64,000 nt of DNA, from assembly GCA_002633005.1 (NCBI GenBank), contig NMRA01000127.1, forward strand, positions 829,253-893,252, written 5' to 3'. Position 1 is the stretch's first letter. Each line of letters starts with the position of its first letter. Made by a program: the position numbers and the translations under genes. The notes beneath the pieces were generated by a model. The model made no database searches. It was not told the origin of the DNA and saw nothing but the letters and a program-made list of their open reading frames with translations. The stretch comes from Phoronis australis. Its lineage: Eukaryota > Animalia > Phoronida. This document shows, piece by piece, positions 1 through 12,767 of the stretch.

Positions 1-154
1 ACTGACATACAGTTGTCTCCAAACTGCTCTATACCCATGCACTGGAAAATAGATGCGTGTAATTTGAATTTGAATTGTCATAAGTATAGTCAACAGACAA
101 CGCTGTTGCTGTTTTTATCAGTTTTGTATGTGAATAAACATGCTGGACTTGTCA

Positions 155-750
155 CTATGGTGGGCCGTTGAGGGGAAAGTGTCGCCGTAAAATTACGCTG
201 GTAATTACGAGCGTAAATTAAATTGCAGGAGTGTCGCCGTACAATTACGCTCGTAAATTAAATGGGGAAAAAATTCGCCGTCAAATTACTCTCGTAATTA
301 CGAGCGTAAATTAAATTGCAAAAAGTGCTGCAGTAAAATTTCGCCCGTAAATTAAATGGGGGAAATGTCGCCGTAAATTTCTTTAAGAACGTTCCAAATT
401 TAAACCAACCAGTGTTGACCTAACATACACGACTGTTGCTAGGCAGCTCGTTCTTGCACAATCCCTGACATTGCAGCAGCGATTTGATCCGCCATGATTC
501 AGCGCTCGTATCGTAGACATGTAACCCGTCAGTAAATAAGTATTTCCATGAGCACGCGCGACCGTGGATTGTAAAACCCAACGTCATTGGCTAAGAGTTT
601 AAACTAAATTACGAGCGTAATTTTACGCCGTAAAAAATTAAATTACACTCGTAATTTTACGGCGTAATTAACGACGTAAATAACGGCGTAATGTCCATGA
701 TTACTCTCGTATTTTTCCTGCGACACTTTCCCCCCAACGGCCCATCATAG
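155..750. mobile_element. MITE (non-autonomous DNA transposon, ~596 bp) with ~31-bp TIRs and internal AATTACG-type subterminal repeats
   Basis: Left end CTATGGTGGGCCGTTGAGGGGAAAGTGTCGC is the near-perfect reverse complement of the right end GCGACACTTTCCCCCCAACGGCCCATCATAG. The empty site is visible in the paralogous segment at 10891-10905 (CTTGTCACAGGCGC). Flanks TCA/GCA suggest a 3-bp TSD. A related copy lies at 31848-33987. Confidence 0.9.
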
Positions 751-965
751 GCACAGGCGCTCCACGATTACTTCTTAACACGCATCTGGCGGTGACCATT
801 TCAGCGCAGATGTTCTTATTTCAGCTTTTATTTTCACGCATTGTTCTCTACAATAGTTTTCTCACTGTTCCAGTCGGAATTTTCTCTAATCATCACAAGT
901 GATGGTTTGGAACCATCATGAGTGATGGTTTGGTTGTGTGATACTCAAGTATTGATTTACCTCAC

Positions 966-1355
966 TTGATGCTTACCCATAATTCCCAGGAAGTAGTGTG
1001 GACTGGTGGACTGTCAACACGCAGTATGGAGAGTTGCGTTTTCCCATCTACATCCATAGAAAGAACTGAACCTTTATCAACAACCATTATGGACACTAGT
1101 GTTGTCCCTTCTACATCCACAGTGCCAACTGAACCACTGTCAACAATCAATGTGGACACTATGATTCTCCCTTCTACATCCACTGCGGCAGCTGAACCAC
1201 TGTCATCAACAAATATGGACACTAGCGTTCTCCCTTCCACATCCACATTGGCAACAGAATCACTGTCAACAGGCAGTGTGGAGAGTACATCCATAGTAAG
1301 AACTGAACCTCTTTCAGTAACCAATGTGGACACTATGGTTCGCCCTTCTACATCC
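966..1355 (+). pseudogene. 3'-truncated copy of mucin-like gene A (21-aa TEPLST repeats, no TM)
   Basis: Nearly identical to 11110-11440 but breaks into unrelated sequence at ~1355, before the TM/cytoplasmic part. A second version at 1617-1845 follows the N at 1616. Confidence 0.75.
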
Positions 1356-1539
1356 AAGCATTGCATCTTACTAGGCAGCGTTGGTTTGATAATCTGTACT
1401 GAAAGTACCTTTTGAGTTCAGAAAAATAAGGAAGAAAAAGCAAAGATATGTAAATGAAAAGGGTACATGTGCTTTGCATAATTTTTCGTATCCCTGTACG
1501 TTCTGTACTCATTGCCTGCAAAGGTCATGGTATAATTAT

Positions 1540-1615
1540 TATGCGCCCACATATTTATATGTGGACGCATTATGCCGTCATCTCTGTCCGTCCGTCCGTC
1601 CGTCCGTCCGTCCGT
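1540..1615 (+). mobile_element. 5' end of a Helentron-associated (HINE/DINE-1-like) element; its 3' end is at 4397-4592
   Basis: ATGCGCCCACA...TGTGGACGCAT followed by (GTCC)n matches the start of the full element at 61061. 4397-4592 matches 62447-62643. Confidence 0.85.
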
Positions 1616-2697
1616 NTGAACCACTGTCAACAATCAATGTGGACACTATGATTCTCCCTTCTACATCCACTGCGGCAGCTGAACCACTGTCAACAACAAA
1701 TATGGACACTAGCGTTCTCTCTTCCACATCCACAATGGCAACAGAATCACTGTCAACAGGCAGTGTGGAGAGTACATCCATAGTAAGAACTGAACCTCTT
1801 TCAGTAACCAATGTGGACACTATGGTTCGCCCTTCTACATCCAAGCATTGCATCTTACTAGGCAGCGTTGGTTTGATATTCTGTACTGAAAGTACCTTTT
1901 GAGCTCAGAAAAATAAGGAACAAAAAGCAAAGATATGTAAATGAAAAGGGTACATGTGTTTTGCATAATTTTTCATATCCCTGTATGTTCTGTACTCATT
2001 GCCTGCAAGGGTCATGGTATAATTATGAATTGTTGCAAAAAAATTATGCAGGTTTTCTGTGTGTCAAAGTGAATCTTTTAAAATTAAATCAAAGAGGTGC
2101 CTTTGAGGGAATTTGTCTGAAAAGGCACCCCTTTGTAGTGATAGGTCTTGGAAATAGTCAACCATTTGAGCGGTACATCCCATGTGCACCTACCTTCAAT
2201 GGGACTCCGGTAAAAGCTATCCGGCTATCCTGTTTCAGACAAAAGTAATAGCCACAATTGTTTTTGCTTTCATTTTTTAAGACTTTTAACATTGCAATGG
2301 ATGCTCATACTTTCTCAGAATCATTGTTTGGGTGGTAGCTATGTTATTGGCTTTTCAAAGTGTTGTAGCATTTTTTGGTGCTACTTTTCTTGTATTTAAA
2401 ATGAAGAAAGTAAAATTTCACCTGTCGGCCATATTGTGTCCTAAACTGATAAGATTTTACCCTACATAACCATGAACATTATCTTATTACGACTATTGTC
2501 TACTTTTATGATGTATTGTCTTTGTCTTCTTATTGCTTTAGATGACAGTATTATACATAAGAATATTTTAACATTTCAGGGAAACGACACATTCTCAAAT
2601 CTCGCTCAAGAAGAGTATAGTATTTTCGTTCGTTCGTTGGAGCACGCCATCTTGGCCATAGACCAGGCAAATTGCAAACGGTAAATGCACTGACCAG

Positions 2698-5600
2698 TGT
2701 TTTGTTTATAGTTAGGGGAATTGATATTTGGAGGACGGAAGCCTGGTCATCAAAAGCAGGGCCCCATTATTTGTGTACTTAATTTATGCGTACCTATATT
2801 TTGGTTACTTCTCTTCCGGTTGCTGTTCGTCTGAAATACAGACGTTCATGTAAGCCTAGTCGTCTTTTATTATTCTCGGCGTGGTGGCAGTAGCAATCGA
2901 ACCATGGCCAAAGCACCGAAGCAATGGTGTTTGACTAGATGTGAAACTGATAACTGGATGAATACCATTACTTACATCTTGTCAATCAACCCGTAATTTG
3001 CCGACTTTCTGCAACCAGATTATGCTGGCGAAAAGCCGAAGTCCCTTTGATGGGTTTATTTGACGATACAGACGCTGTACCTGAATCCCGGCGACGCACA
3101 GCCGGTCAGAAACTAACCCACTTAAAGCTCATGCTAGGCCAATTGGCCAACTGTTGTCCTGTGATTGCCCGTAGTGCTATTGTCAAACATTCCACCTCAC
3201 TTGCCGGTATATGGCAAAATCATTACGGTTTTCACACATCGGGAGGACATTTCAATGGTTTTTCTGATATTCGCCTCCAACCAGACGAACGCTCGCCCTG
3301 AAGCGAATCGTGTCATTCATCGAAGACGATTTCCTTGGCTCGGACAACACCATTCTACATCATGGCGTGCTTATCACAGACGACCTTAAAGAATTTAGCA
3401 GTCCTCACTCGGTTACGCTTTATTCACCCAGGTTTACCTCACTCATCCAACAGCGATATGGTCCCGAACTGCGAAGTAAGTCACTTGCATCGAACAAACC
3501 GGAAATTTCGCAGGCACTCCAGCCATTTCTTGACGAGTTACAAACACTCGAAGATGCCAAGGCGTTGCGGGCACTCCCTCGCAAAGCAACCTCGGTCCCT
3601 CGCCGAAGCAACGCAAAGTCCTCTCAACTGTGTAAACAGGCTCATCGCTCCCAGTTTGATCACTACTTAATTTGTCTCCACTGGATGATGCTATTTCAGG
3701 ACGCGATTCCAAGGACCCATAGACATGGTCTGATGAACTTAGTCAGTGCATTTTCTGCCGCCCAGAAGACACTCTCGTCTAACAAGGTCATTACACTCCC
3801 ACGTCTTGAGGATAACCTATGGCTTGTGACAGACACCTCTGCCAAGCACCCAGGGATATCAGCCACCTTATATGATACGAGGGGAGGAAAACCCAAGATT
3901 GCTTCTATCTTCAATGCCAAGCTTAAGTCCCGCCAAGTACTTTGGCTCCCCTGTGATGTTGATGCTTTGGCTATTGCCGCGTGCTTGAATCCCTTCAGCC
4001 CATACCTCATCCAGTCCAAGTATCATGCCATGGTCCTCACGAACAGCAAGCCTTTGATCGCTTATGTAGAGGTGAATTTTCTTTGAGTCCTCGAGTGTCT
4101 ACATTTTTGTCAGCTGTATATCGGTTCCAAGCTGTTGTTCACCATGTTTTAGGTGCCGCGAACATCGTATCAGACTTTGCAAGCCGACATAATATTGAGT
4201 GATCAGACATGACGTGCCAGGTATGCTCCTTCGTGGCTTCTACCGAAGATTGTGTGGTCTTTCGTTCATTCACAGGCGACATCTTATCGGGTGTGTCGAG
4301 GCTTCCGTTCACTACCCGTTCTGCTTGACATAGCGATAATTTACTAGTTGACTATAGGAATGCAACCCTCGCTCCGATTCGCGAATGCATATTTGNTTGT
4401 ATTATGAAGATTACTCACATTTTGCCCCTAGCCTATTGAGGAGACAAGGACCATGCCTTTCCATTTTGCAAAATACAACATACTACATATATGCCCTCTA
4501 CTGGCCACTTTATGGTACCAATAAACAACCCTAGAAGTATACCGTATGCGGTGCAATTGTGGGCGCATTTCAACGCTCTGCGTTGCTCTTGTGAATTGTT
4601 GCAAAAAAAGTATGCAGGTTTTCTGTGTGTCAAAGTGAATCTTTTAAAATTAAATCAAAAAGGTGACTTTTAGGGAATTTGTCTGAAAAGGCACCCCTTT
4701 GTAGTGATAGGTCTTGGAAATAGTCAACCATTTGAGCGGTACATCCCATGTGCACCTACCTTCAATGGGAATCCGGTAAAAGCTATCCGGCTATCCTGTT
4801 TCAGACAAAAGTAATAGCCACAATTGTTTTTTCTTTCATTTTTTAAGACTTTTAACATTGCAATGGATGCTCATATTTTCTCAGAATCATTGTTTGGGTG
4901 GTAGCTATGTTATAGGCTTTTCAAAGTGTTGTAGCATTTTTTGGTGCTACTTTTCTTGTATTTAAAAATGAAGAAAGTAAAATTTCACCTGTCGGCCATA
5001 TTGTGTCCTAAACTGATAAGATTTTACCCTACATAACCATGAACATTACCTTATTACGACTATTGTCTACTTTTATGATGTATTGTCTTTGTCTTCTTAT
5101 TGCTTTAGATGACAGTATTATACATNGTTCGTCTGAAATACAGACGTTCATGTAAGCCTAGTCGTCTTTTATTATTCTCGGCGTGGTGGCAGTAGCAATC
5201 GAGCCATGGCCAAAGCACCGAAGCAATGGTGTTTGACTAGATGTGAAACTGATAACTGGAAGAATACCATTACTTACATCTTGTCACTCAACCCGTATTT
5301 TGCGGACTTTCTACAACCAGATTATGCTGGCGAAAAGCCGAAGTCCCTTTGATGGGTTTATTTGACGATACAGACGCTGTACCTGAATCCCGGCGACGCA
5401 CAGCCGGTCAGAAACTAACCCACTTAAAGCTCATGCTGGGCCAATTGGCCAACTGTTGTCCTGTGATTGCCCGTAGTGCAATTGTCAAACATTCCACCTC
5501 TCTTGCCGGTATATGGCAAAATCATTACGGCTTTCAGACATCGGGAGGACATTTCAATGGTTTTTCTGATATTCGCCTCCAACCAGACGAACGCCCGCCC

Positions 5601-8578
5601 GGAAGCGAATCGTGTCATTCATCGAAGACAATTTCCTTGGCCCGGACAACACTATTCTACATCATGGCGTGCTTATCACAGACGACCTTAAAGAATTTAG
5701 CAGTCCTCACTCGGTTACGCTTTATTCACCCAGGTTTACCTCACTCATCCAACAGCGATATGGTCCCGAACTCCGAAGTAAGTCACTTGCATCGAACAAA
5801 CCGGAAATTTCGCAGGCACTCCAGCCATTTCTTGACGAGTTACAAACACTCGAAGATGCCAAGGCGTTGCGGGCACTCCCTGGCAAAGCAACCTCGGTCC
5901 CTCGCCGAAGCAACGCAAAGTCCTCTCAACTGTGTAAACAGGCTCATCGCTCCCAGTTTGATCACTACTTAATTTGTCTCCACTGGATGACGCTATTTCA
6001 GGACGCGATTCCAAGGACCCATTGACATGGTCTGATGAACTTAGTCAGTGCATTTTCTGCCGCCCAGAAGACACTCTCGTCTAACAAGGTCATTACACTC
6101 CCACGTCCTGAGGATAACCTATGGCTTGTGACAGACGCCTCTGCCAAGCACCCAGGGATATCAGCCACCTTATATGATACGAGGGAAGGAAAACCCAAGA
6201 TTGCTTCTATCTTCAATGCCAAGCTTAAGTCCCGCCAAGTACTTTGGCTCCCCTGTGATGTTGATGCTTTGGCAATTGCCGCGTGCTTGAAGCCCTTCAG
6301 CCCATACCTCATCCAGTCCAAGCATCGTGCCATGGTCCTCACGAACAGCAAGCCTTTGATCGCTTATGTAGAGGTGAATTTTCTTTGAGTCCTCGAGTGT
6401 CTACATTTTTGTCAGCTGTATATCGTTTCCAAGCTGTTGTTCACCATGTTTTAGGTTCCGCGAACATCGCATCAGACTTTGCAAGCCGACATAATATTGA
6501 GTGATCAGACATGACGTGCCAGGTATGCTCCTTCGTGGCTTCTACCGAAGATTGTGTGGTCTTTCGTTCATTCACAGGCGACATCTTATCGGGTGAGTCG
6601 AGGCTTCCGTTCACTACCCGTTCTACTTGGCATAGCGATAATTTACTAGTTGAATATAGAAATGCAACCTTCGCTCCGATTCGCGAATGCATATTTGTTC
6701 CCCGTTCTGTCTTGAACAGTCTACTCATGGCTCTTCACCTCCGCTTGGATCATCCCTCATCCAATCAGCTGAGACTAGTTGCCCAACGTTACTTCTACGC
6801 CCTCGACTTGGACTCCGCCATTGACAGATGTTCCAAATCTTGCCACCAGTGTTGCTCCCTCACACATTCCCCAAAGACGTTGATCACTCAAGATTCGTCT
6901 GACCCTCCCCCGACCGTCGGTCTGTCTTTCGCTGCAGATGTCATGACACGCGATCGCCAATTGATGGTCGTGCTGCGGAAATGTGTGTCATCCTACACCG
7001 TCGCACGCATTGGCGAGAGTCAACGCCGTGACGACTTGCGACATTGTCTTCTTCAAATGTGCATAGAACTTTGCCCTTTGGATAGTCCTCCAGCAGTGCG
7101 AATCAGGCTTAACAGTCGGCTACGTTCAAGAGGTTTATCTGCCCGAGATGTGCTATTCCAACGTGACCAAATTACCTGCGACCAAATACCCGTCACCGAC
7201 CTCACCCTGATCGAGGCACTGCGACTCAAATGTGAAAGGAACCATGAACCCAGCTCGAGATCTAAGGCTCCCATGGCTAGACTCCCTCCCACGAACAACG
7301 CTACAGCTGGGGATTTAGTTTATCTCTATAGTGATCGCGATAAGACCCGCTCCCGTCCTCGCTCTCTCGTGGTTAGTCGCGACGGTTCTTGGCTCAACAT
7401 TCAGAAATTTGTTGGCAACAAACTTCGCTCAACATCCTATCCTGTTAAAAATACGGAGTGCTACAAAGTCTTCACGACATGGTCCCCCTCATTATCCCGG
7501 GGCTTCCTCTTCCAGCATTGAAGCAGCTGATGATGACGATCCTGTTATGCCACTATCCTCAAGGCCGACGCCCATCTCACAACCTCCACTTTAGCCTCCC
7601 GCTCCCGAAATTCCCTCTAAGTTGGCCCCGGTCGATCATACACCGTCCGAGGATCTGGCTGTGGCTATCAACTCCGGTTCACTTGATGCCACGTCCGAAG
7701 CAGTTGATGTCCCTGCAGTTAGTGATGCCCTCCTCGACGCTTTACGAGGCCCCGTCGCCTTCCAACACGTCTACAGGACTTTCTTTTAAAATAATGTTTG
7801 TGCTTACAGTTCGTCACTGTACCTCTTTCGTATTTATAAACCTTAAGTACTATTAGCTTTATCCGTTTAAAATTAATGAGAAGTTGCGCCATTAATTGTG
7901 TACTTTATTCGTATTGGTTACTTCCTTACCGGTTAGTGTNTCTCGTGGTTAGTCGCGACGGTTCTTGGCTCAACATTCAGAAATTTGTTGGCAACAAACT
8001 TCGCTCAACATCCTATCGTGTTAAAAATACGGAGTGCTACAAAGTCTTCACGACATGGTCCCCCTCATTATCCCGGGGCTTCCTATTCCAGCATTGAAGC
8101 AGCTGATGATGACGATCCTGTTATGCCACTATCCTCAAGGCCGACGCCCATCTCACAACCTCAACTTTAGCCTCCCGCTCCCGAAATTCCCTCTAAGTTG
8201 GCCCCGGTCGATCATACACCGTCCGAGGATCTGGCTGTAGCTATCAACTCCGGTTCACTTGATGCCACGTCCGAAGCAGTTGATGTCCCTGCAGTTAGTG
8301 ATGCCCTCCTTGACGCTTTACGAGGCCCCGTCGCCTTCCAACACGTCTACAGGACTTTCTTTTAAAATAATGTTTGTGCTTACAGTTCGTCACTGTACCC
8401 CTTTCGTATTTATAAACCTTAAGTACTATTAGCTTTATCCGTTTAAAATTAAAGAGAAGTTGCGCCATTAATTGTGTACTTTATTCGTAAGTATAATTTG
8501 GTTACTTCCTTACCGGTTACTGTTCGACTAAAATACAGACGTTCACGTAAGCCTAGTCATCTTTTATTATTACTGGCG
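2698..8578 (+). mobile_element. Degenerate, internally deleted Ty3/Gypsy LTR retrotransposon (gag - RNase H - integrase; RT not seen), partly represented twice
   Basis: LTR-like direct repeat (~2765-2880 vs ~8465-8578); PBS-like TGGTGGCAG at 2882; gag start MAKAPKQWCLT at 2904; RNase H LWLVTDAS...[12 protein letters not shown]...F.PYL (6035-6388); integrase HHCC LHLRLDHP...CKSCHQC-like region and core FAADVM (6511-7521); many frameshifts and stops. Confidence 0.85.
6511..7521 (+). pseudogene. Gypsy integrase remnant (HHCC zinc finger, deleted DDE core, C-terminal region)
   Basis: ORF contains H-LRLD-H-PSS...C-HQ-C and PPTVGLSFAADVM. The core appears shortened relative to a normal rve domain. 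Confidence 0.8.
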
Positions 8579-10134
8579 GGGGACTTACTAGAGTGACTTT
8601 GGCGGTTAGGAACTCTGGAGGAATTTAGTGCAACTGCACCCCTGTGTTAAATAAGTTTTTTCAATGAACGCTGTTGAAGTCTGAGAGTTACATGACATTA
8701 GACAAAAGGAAGTAAAATTTTCTGTTGGAGATTTGTATTTGTTTGAATTTTTTTCGTGGATTAATTCCATTTTGGGTGAATTGTCAAGAATAGTTGCACA
8801 AACTGTCAGAATCATTTCATTAAATAAGGGTAAACTCATAGTAAGTCCTCAATTGAAAACTAAAGTGTGGGTGTTGTATTCCGGTGAACTTAATGAATTC
8901 ACCTATTTGGAGACTTATATACTGTGAGCGCAATTCAATAGACTGGCGTATTAAACCAGAATCCTGAAGTTCACAAGTTAGTGCTAATAAAAGGTGTCCC
9001 TGTTGTATTAACGTGCAATTTTCTTTGTCATGTAGAACCGTTATACTTACCCGTCCTTAATTGTAAATATCAAGTCTGTTCTTGTATCATTGGCTTATTG
9101 CAGGTTGCGTGGGGAGTTCTCTAATCTGCCCGACTCTGGCAAAGCTGACTGGAGAAATGACGACCATCAACAGCTGCTCAGGTATATTGTGTTCACCTTG
9201 TGTTAATGTATACTCAGTGAAAGGCATGCTTCATAAGGCCGCGTCCTTACAGGCAAAATGAAATGTTATGCGAACATTTGAAAATACAACAACCTCAAAT
9301 ATATGGCCATAACATTTTTTTGAATGTAAGGTCAATCATCAGCCTCTTGTTGTTATCCACCAAGTAGCCGTGACCATAATATTCAATGCCTTGAAAGTTA
9401 ACAAATTGTTTGGCTAAAACCATTCTATGAAAATCTTTCTTATAGAGTCTAGAAAAAAGTACATGCTATTTTGTGATTTCATATTCAAATTAATGCTTTT
9501 GTTCTCTATAGAAAGTAGCAGAGCATTCTATTTTAAGGTCATCGCAAGCATTTTAAATTGGAAATTCAGGTCAGCTAATTTTCTGAAGCCCCAAAATCAC
9601 TTATAATGTTGGAAAGAATCATTGCGAAAACTGATTTTAGTGGTAAGTGCTTTTATTATTTGGCCTAATAACCAGATTTCTTCGACATGCAACCGACCCG
9701 TTGGACATAGTTGTTTCAAGTAGAATTTGCGGTGTTTTATTTGGCGTAATAAGTTAAAAATAAACGTATTGTGACGTCGTGAACTTAAAGTGAAAGTGAC
9801 CCGTGGGTCGCTAAACATATTGAGACCGCAAATTACCAAATCGTGCAGTAAGCACCGTTACGTGATGCTGGGTAATAACACTGCATGGTGCCGGCTGTGT
9901 GTGCTTGCAAGATATGATGTGAATGAGGAGGTCATTCTTTATGCAGAATTTTTTGTTTTCCAAAGTTTGTATGAAATACAACTGCGGCTGTAGCTTGGCT
10001 ATTGTAAGATATGTTACAGTAGGATTGCTGTTTTTTCCTGATATCCTGTAACATAGTTAGAAGTGCACAAATACATCTTTGACTTGTGTTTGTTTGGTCC
10101 AGGCAATGATTGAGATCCATGAATATCTCAAGGC

Positions 10135-10378
10135 TGATACATTTTTTCATGTATCAATTCTCAATTTCTGATCTCCATGTATTGTTTCTAAACGTTTATA
10201 CACTTGTTTATGTATCAATTCTCAATCCTGATACACTATTCTCACTGCTAATACATTTGTTCATGTATCTATTCTCAATTCTGATACACCTGTTCATGTA
10301 TCTACTTTCGTTGCTAATACAGTTGTTCATGTATCTATTCTCAATCCTCATACACTTGTTTATGTATCCGTTCTCATG
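10135..10378. repeat. ~33-bp minisatellite (TTCATGTATCTATTCTCAATTCTGATACAC-like) in the PDE intron
   Basis: Repeated units translate as LLIHLFMYLFS x n in the ORF track. Confidence 0.8.
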
Positions 10379-11109
10379 CTCTAGGGCCAATTTGACGACT
10401 GCCTGTGATTTTGCGGCCATTACCAAGGAATGGGAGCTACAGAAAAAGATCGCAGTTCTTGTCGCCAGCGAGTTCTTAGAACAAGGTTACATCAAGCCAT
10501 CTGTAAGTTTTCGTTAGAATAAGTTAGTTAGTTTTAACATATTACTTAAGCTGTGAATAATGTTACACATTATAAGGTGACAAGTTGCAATGCAATGTTT
10601 AGACTTCTGCCCAGGAAATGTTACCAATATGCATCATTTTGTGAGTGAACAAATCACGTGATTTATGCGGTTCAAAACTTATGGCTTGGCTACACTTCAT
10701 AAAAGGGGAGGGGAATCTCATATGGTGTCAGATTGGACTGACATACAGTTGTCTCGAAACTGGCAATTTGGTCTATACCCATGCACTGGAAAATAGATGC
10801 GTGTAATTCGGATTTGAATGTTCATAAATATAGTCAACAGACAACGCTGTTGTGTTTTAATCAGTTTTGTATGTGAATAAACGTGCTGCACTTGTCACAG
10901 GCGCTCCACGGTTACTTCTTAACACGCATCTGGCGGTGACCATTTCAGCGCAGATGTTCGTATTTCAGTTTTTATTTTCACGCATTGTTCTCTACAGTAG
11001 TTTTCTCACTGTTCCAGTAGGCATTTTCTCTAACCATCACAAATGATGGTTTGGAACCATCATGAGTGATGGTTTGGTTGTGTGATACTCAAGTATTGAT
11101 TTACCTCAT

Positions 11110-12075
11110 GTGATGCTTACCCATAATTCCCAGGAAGCAGTGTGGACTGGTGGACTGTCAACACGCAGTGTGGAGAGTTGCGTTTTCCCATCTACATCCA
11201 TAGGAAGAACTGAACCTCTATCAACAACCATTATGGATACTAGTGTTCTCCCTTCCACATCCACAGTGCCAACTGAACCACTGTCAACAACCAATGTAGA
11301 CACTAACGTTTTCCCTTCCACATCCACAATGGCAACAGAACCACTGTCAACAACCAATGTAGACACTAACGTTTTCCCTTCCACATCCACAATGGCAACA
11401 GAACCACTGTCAACAGGCAGTGTGGAGAGCACATCCATAGTAACAACTGAATCTCTGTCAATAACCAGTATGAACACTAGTGTTCTCTCTTCTACATCCA
11501 CTGTAACAAAGTCTGAACCAATCTCAACAACTAGTGTGAACAGTGCCGTTGCCCTCACCACATCCAGAATGACAAGTGAACTAACTTCAACAACCAGTGC
11601 AACTTCTGTTGTAATTCCCATGGAATCAACTGTTGCACTCTCAGCAACCAACGATGCCAGAATAATTGCGACATCCAGCGCGTCCTTTACAACTAGCAGC
11701 CACTCTATACTACAGACTTCGACAAATTTTACCAAAACCACAATAGCACGAGCAAAACTCACCGCCATTAAACCACCCGAACCAGAAGCAGGTCTGAGCA
11801 GCACTGAGATAAAGGCTATCACTGTATGCGGTGCGCTGGGGGGCATTGGGGCGGTCGCTGGTGCTATCATCCTTTTTGTCAAGAAACTGCGTCGCACGAT
11901 TGGCGAATCTCCGAAGCCGGGAAATGAGAAGAGAAATATGTTTCGATCGGAAGATCATGAAAACAGTGGAAATGAAGATCAACCGGAAGCAGACAAAAGA
12001 AGACATTGGCGACATCATAGGCGTTGGCGTCCTTTCTTTCTTTACAAATTTAGGGAACATAGTGCAGCACACTAA
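11110..12075 (+). CDS. Gene A, unit 1: Ser/Thr-rich mucin-like type I membrane protein (21-aa repeats, TM, tail); N-terminus unresolved, possibly a pseudogene
   Basis: 321-aa ORF with a 63-bp repeat (EPLSTTNVDTNVFPSTSTMAT) and TM GLSSTEIKAITVCGALGGIGAVAGAIILFVKK, homologous to the 38209 and 48039 ORFs. No convincing signal peptide or upstream exon was found. Confidence 0.65.
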   Translation: MMLTHNSQEAVWTGGLSTRSVESCVFPSTSIGRTEPLSTTIMDTSVLPSTSTVPTEPLSTTNVDTNVFPSTSTMATEPLSTTNVDTNVFPSTSTMATEPLSTGSVESTSIVTTESLSITSMNTSVLSSTSTVTKSEPISTTSVNSAVALTTSRMTSELTSTTSATSVVIPMESTVALSATNDARIIATSSASFTTSSHSILQTSTNFTKTTIARAKLTAIKPPEPEAGLSSTEIKAITVCGALGGIGAVAGAIILFVKKLRRTIGESPKPGNEKRNMFRSEDHENSGNEDQPEADKRRHWRHHRRWRPFFLYKFREHSAAH

Positions 12076-12767
12076 TCGAAAGATGTTATCGTCATAGGAG
12101 CCAAGAGACCTGTAATCCTATGTTTATATGGTATTATTGATTTGTTGAGTTCATGAGCGGTGCTTGACTCATGCAGCACTTATGTCGAATATAAATTTAT
12201 GTCTCACCCCACGTTGACTACACCTCCATTACTGGTTGTGAATTTGTGATTACTGCGGTGACTTAAGGAAACTTGGAGTAAGTTGTGTATGCTTTCAAAA
12301 AGAACATACGAACTGATATATCAATGAAATCTTCAAAATAATTTATCTCCTGATGAATACTAACTTTATGTTAACTCTGTTGCTACAACAACTGAGTTAT
12401 CAACCTCTTTTTGTGATAAGTGAGTGACTAATAAGCGCGAGGCAGTTTACTAATGGCTGTTGTTTCCAAAGAGAAACAGACAAAGACAAACTCTCACTTT
12501 TGAATATTCACAGTATGATTAATTTTTACAGAAATTTTAAGCGGTATGTGGTGTGTTAGATTATAGTGTATGATAATATCAAAATATCTGTAGACATCAA
12601 ATGAACAAACAAGGAAGCTGATGATCTTAAAAACATGAGTAACCGTTGCACTGTAAAAAACCTTTTAGTCAGTCGTTTATAGCATCTTGTTAAAGCGGTC
12701 AATTGGAATAAATTATATATTAACATAAAAGTTCTCATTGTGCACAGTGTAGGGCAAATAGGACAGA

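Larger units (their letters stand above)
2580..10502 (+). pseudogene. Three-exon fragment of a cyclic-nucleotide phosphodiesterase (PDE5/PDE6/PDE11 class) catalytic domain; exons 2580-2680, 9104-9181, 10385-10502
   Basis: AG/GT-bounded, phase-compatible exons (0-2, 2-2, 2-0) splice to GNDTFSNLAQEEYSIFVRSLEHAILAIDQANCKRLRGEFSNLPDSGKADWRNDDHQQLLRANLTTACDFAAITKEWELQKKIAVLVASEFLEQGYIKPS. This follows the PDE5/11 pattern GN.I...L...EY......AILATDL...RRGEF...MLMTACDL.AITKPW..Q..IAELV..EFF.QGD. Conserved ATDL has become AIDQ, there is an apparent deletion after QG, and no flanking PDE exons were found. Confidence 0.85.

Noticed and set aside
1130-8520. Near-identical tandem duplications (1130-1540/1617-2026, 2027-4395/4593-6696, 7365-7939/7941-8520)
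   Set aside because: Each junction coincides with a single N (1616, 4396, 5126, 7940), so these are most likely uncollapsed haplotypes or overlapping contigs, not real duplications.
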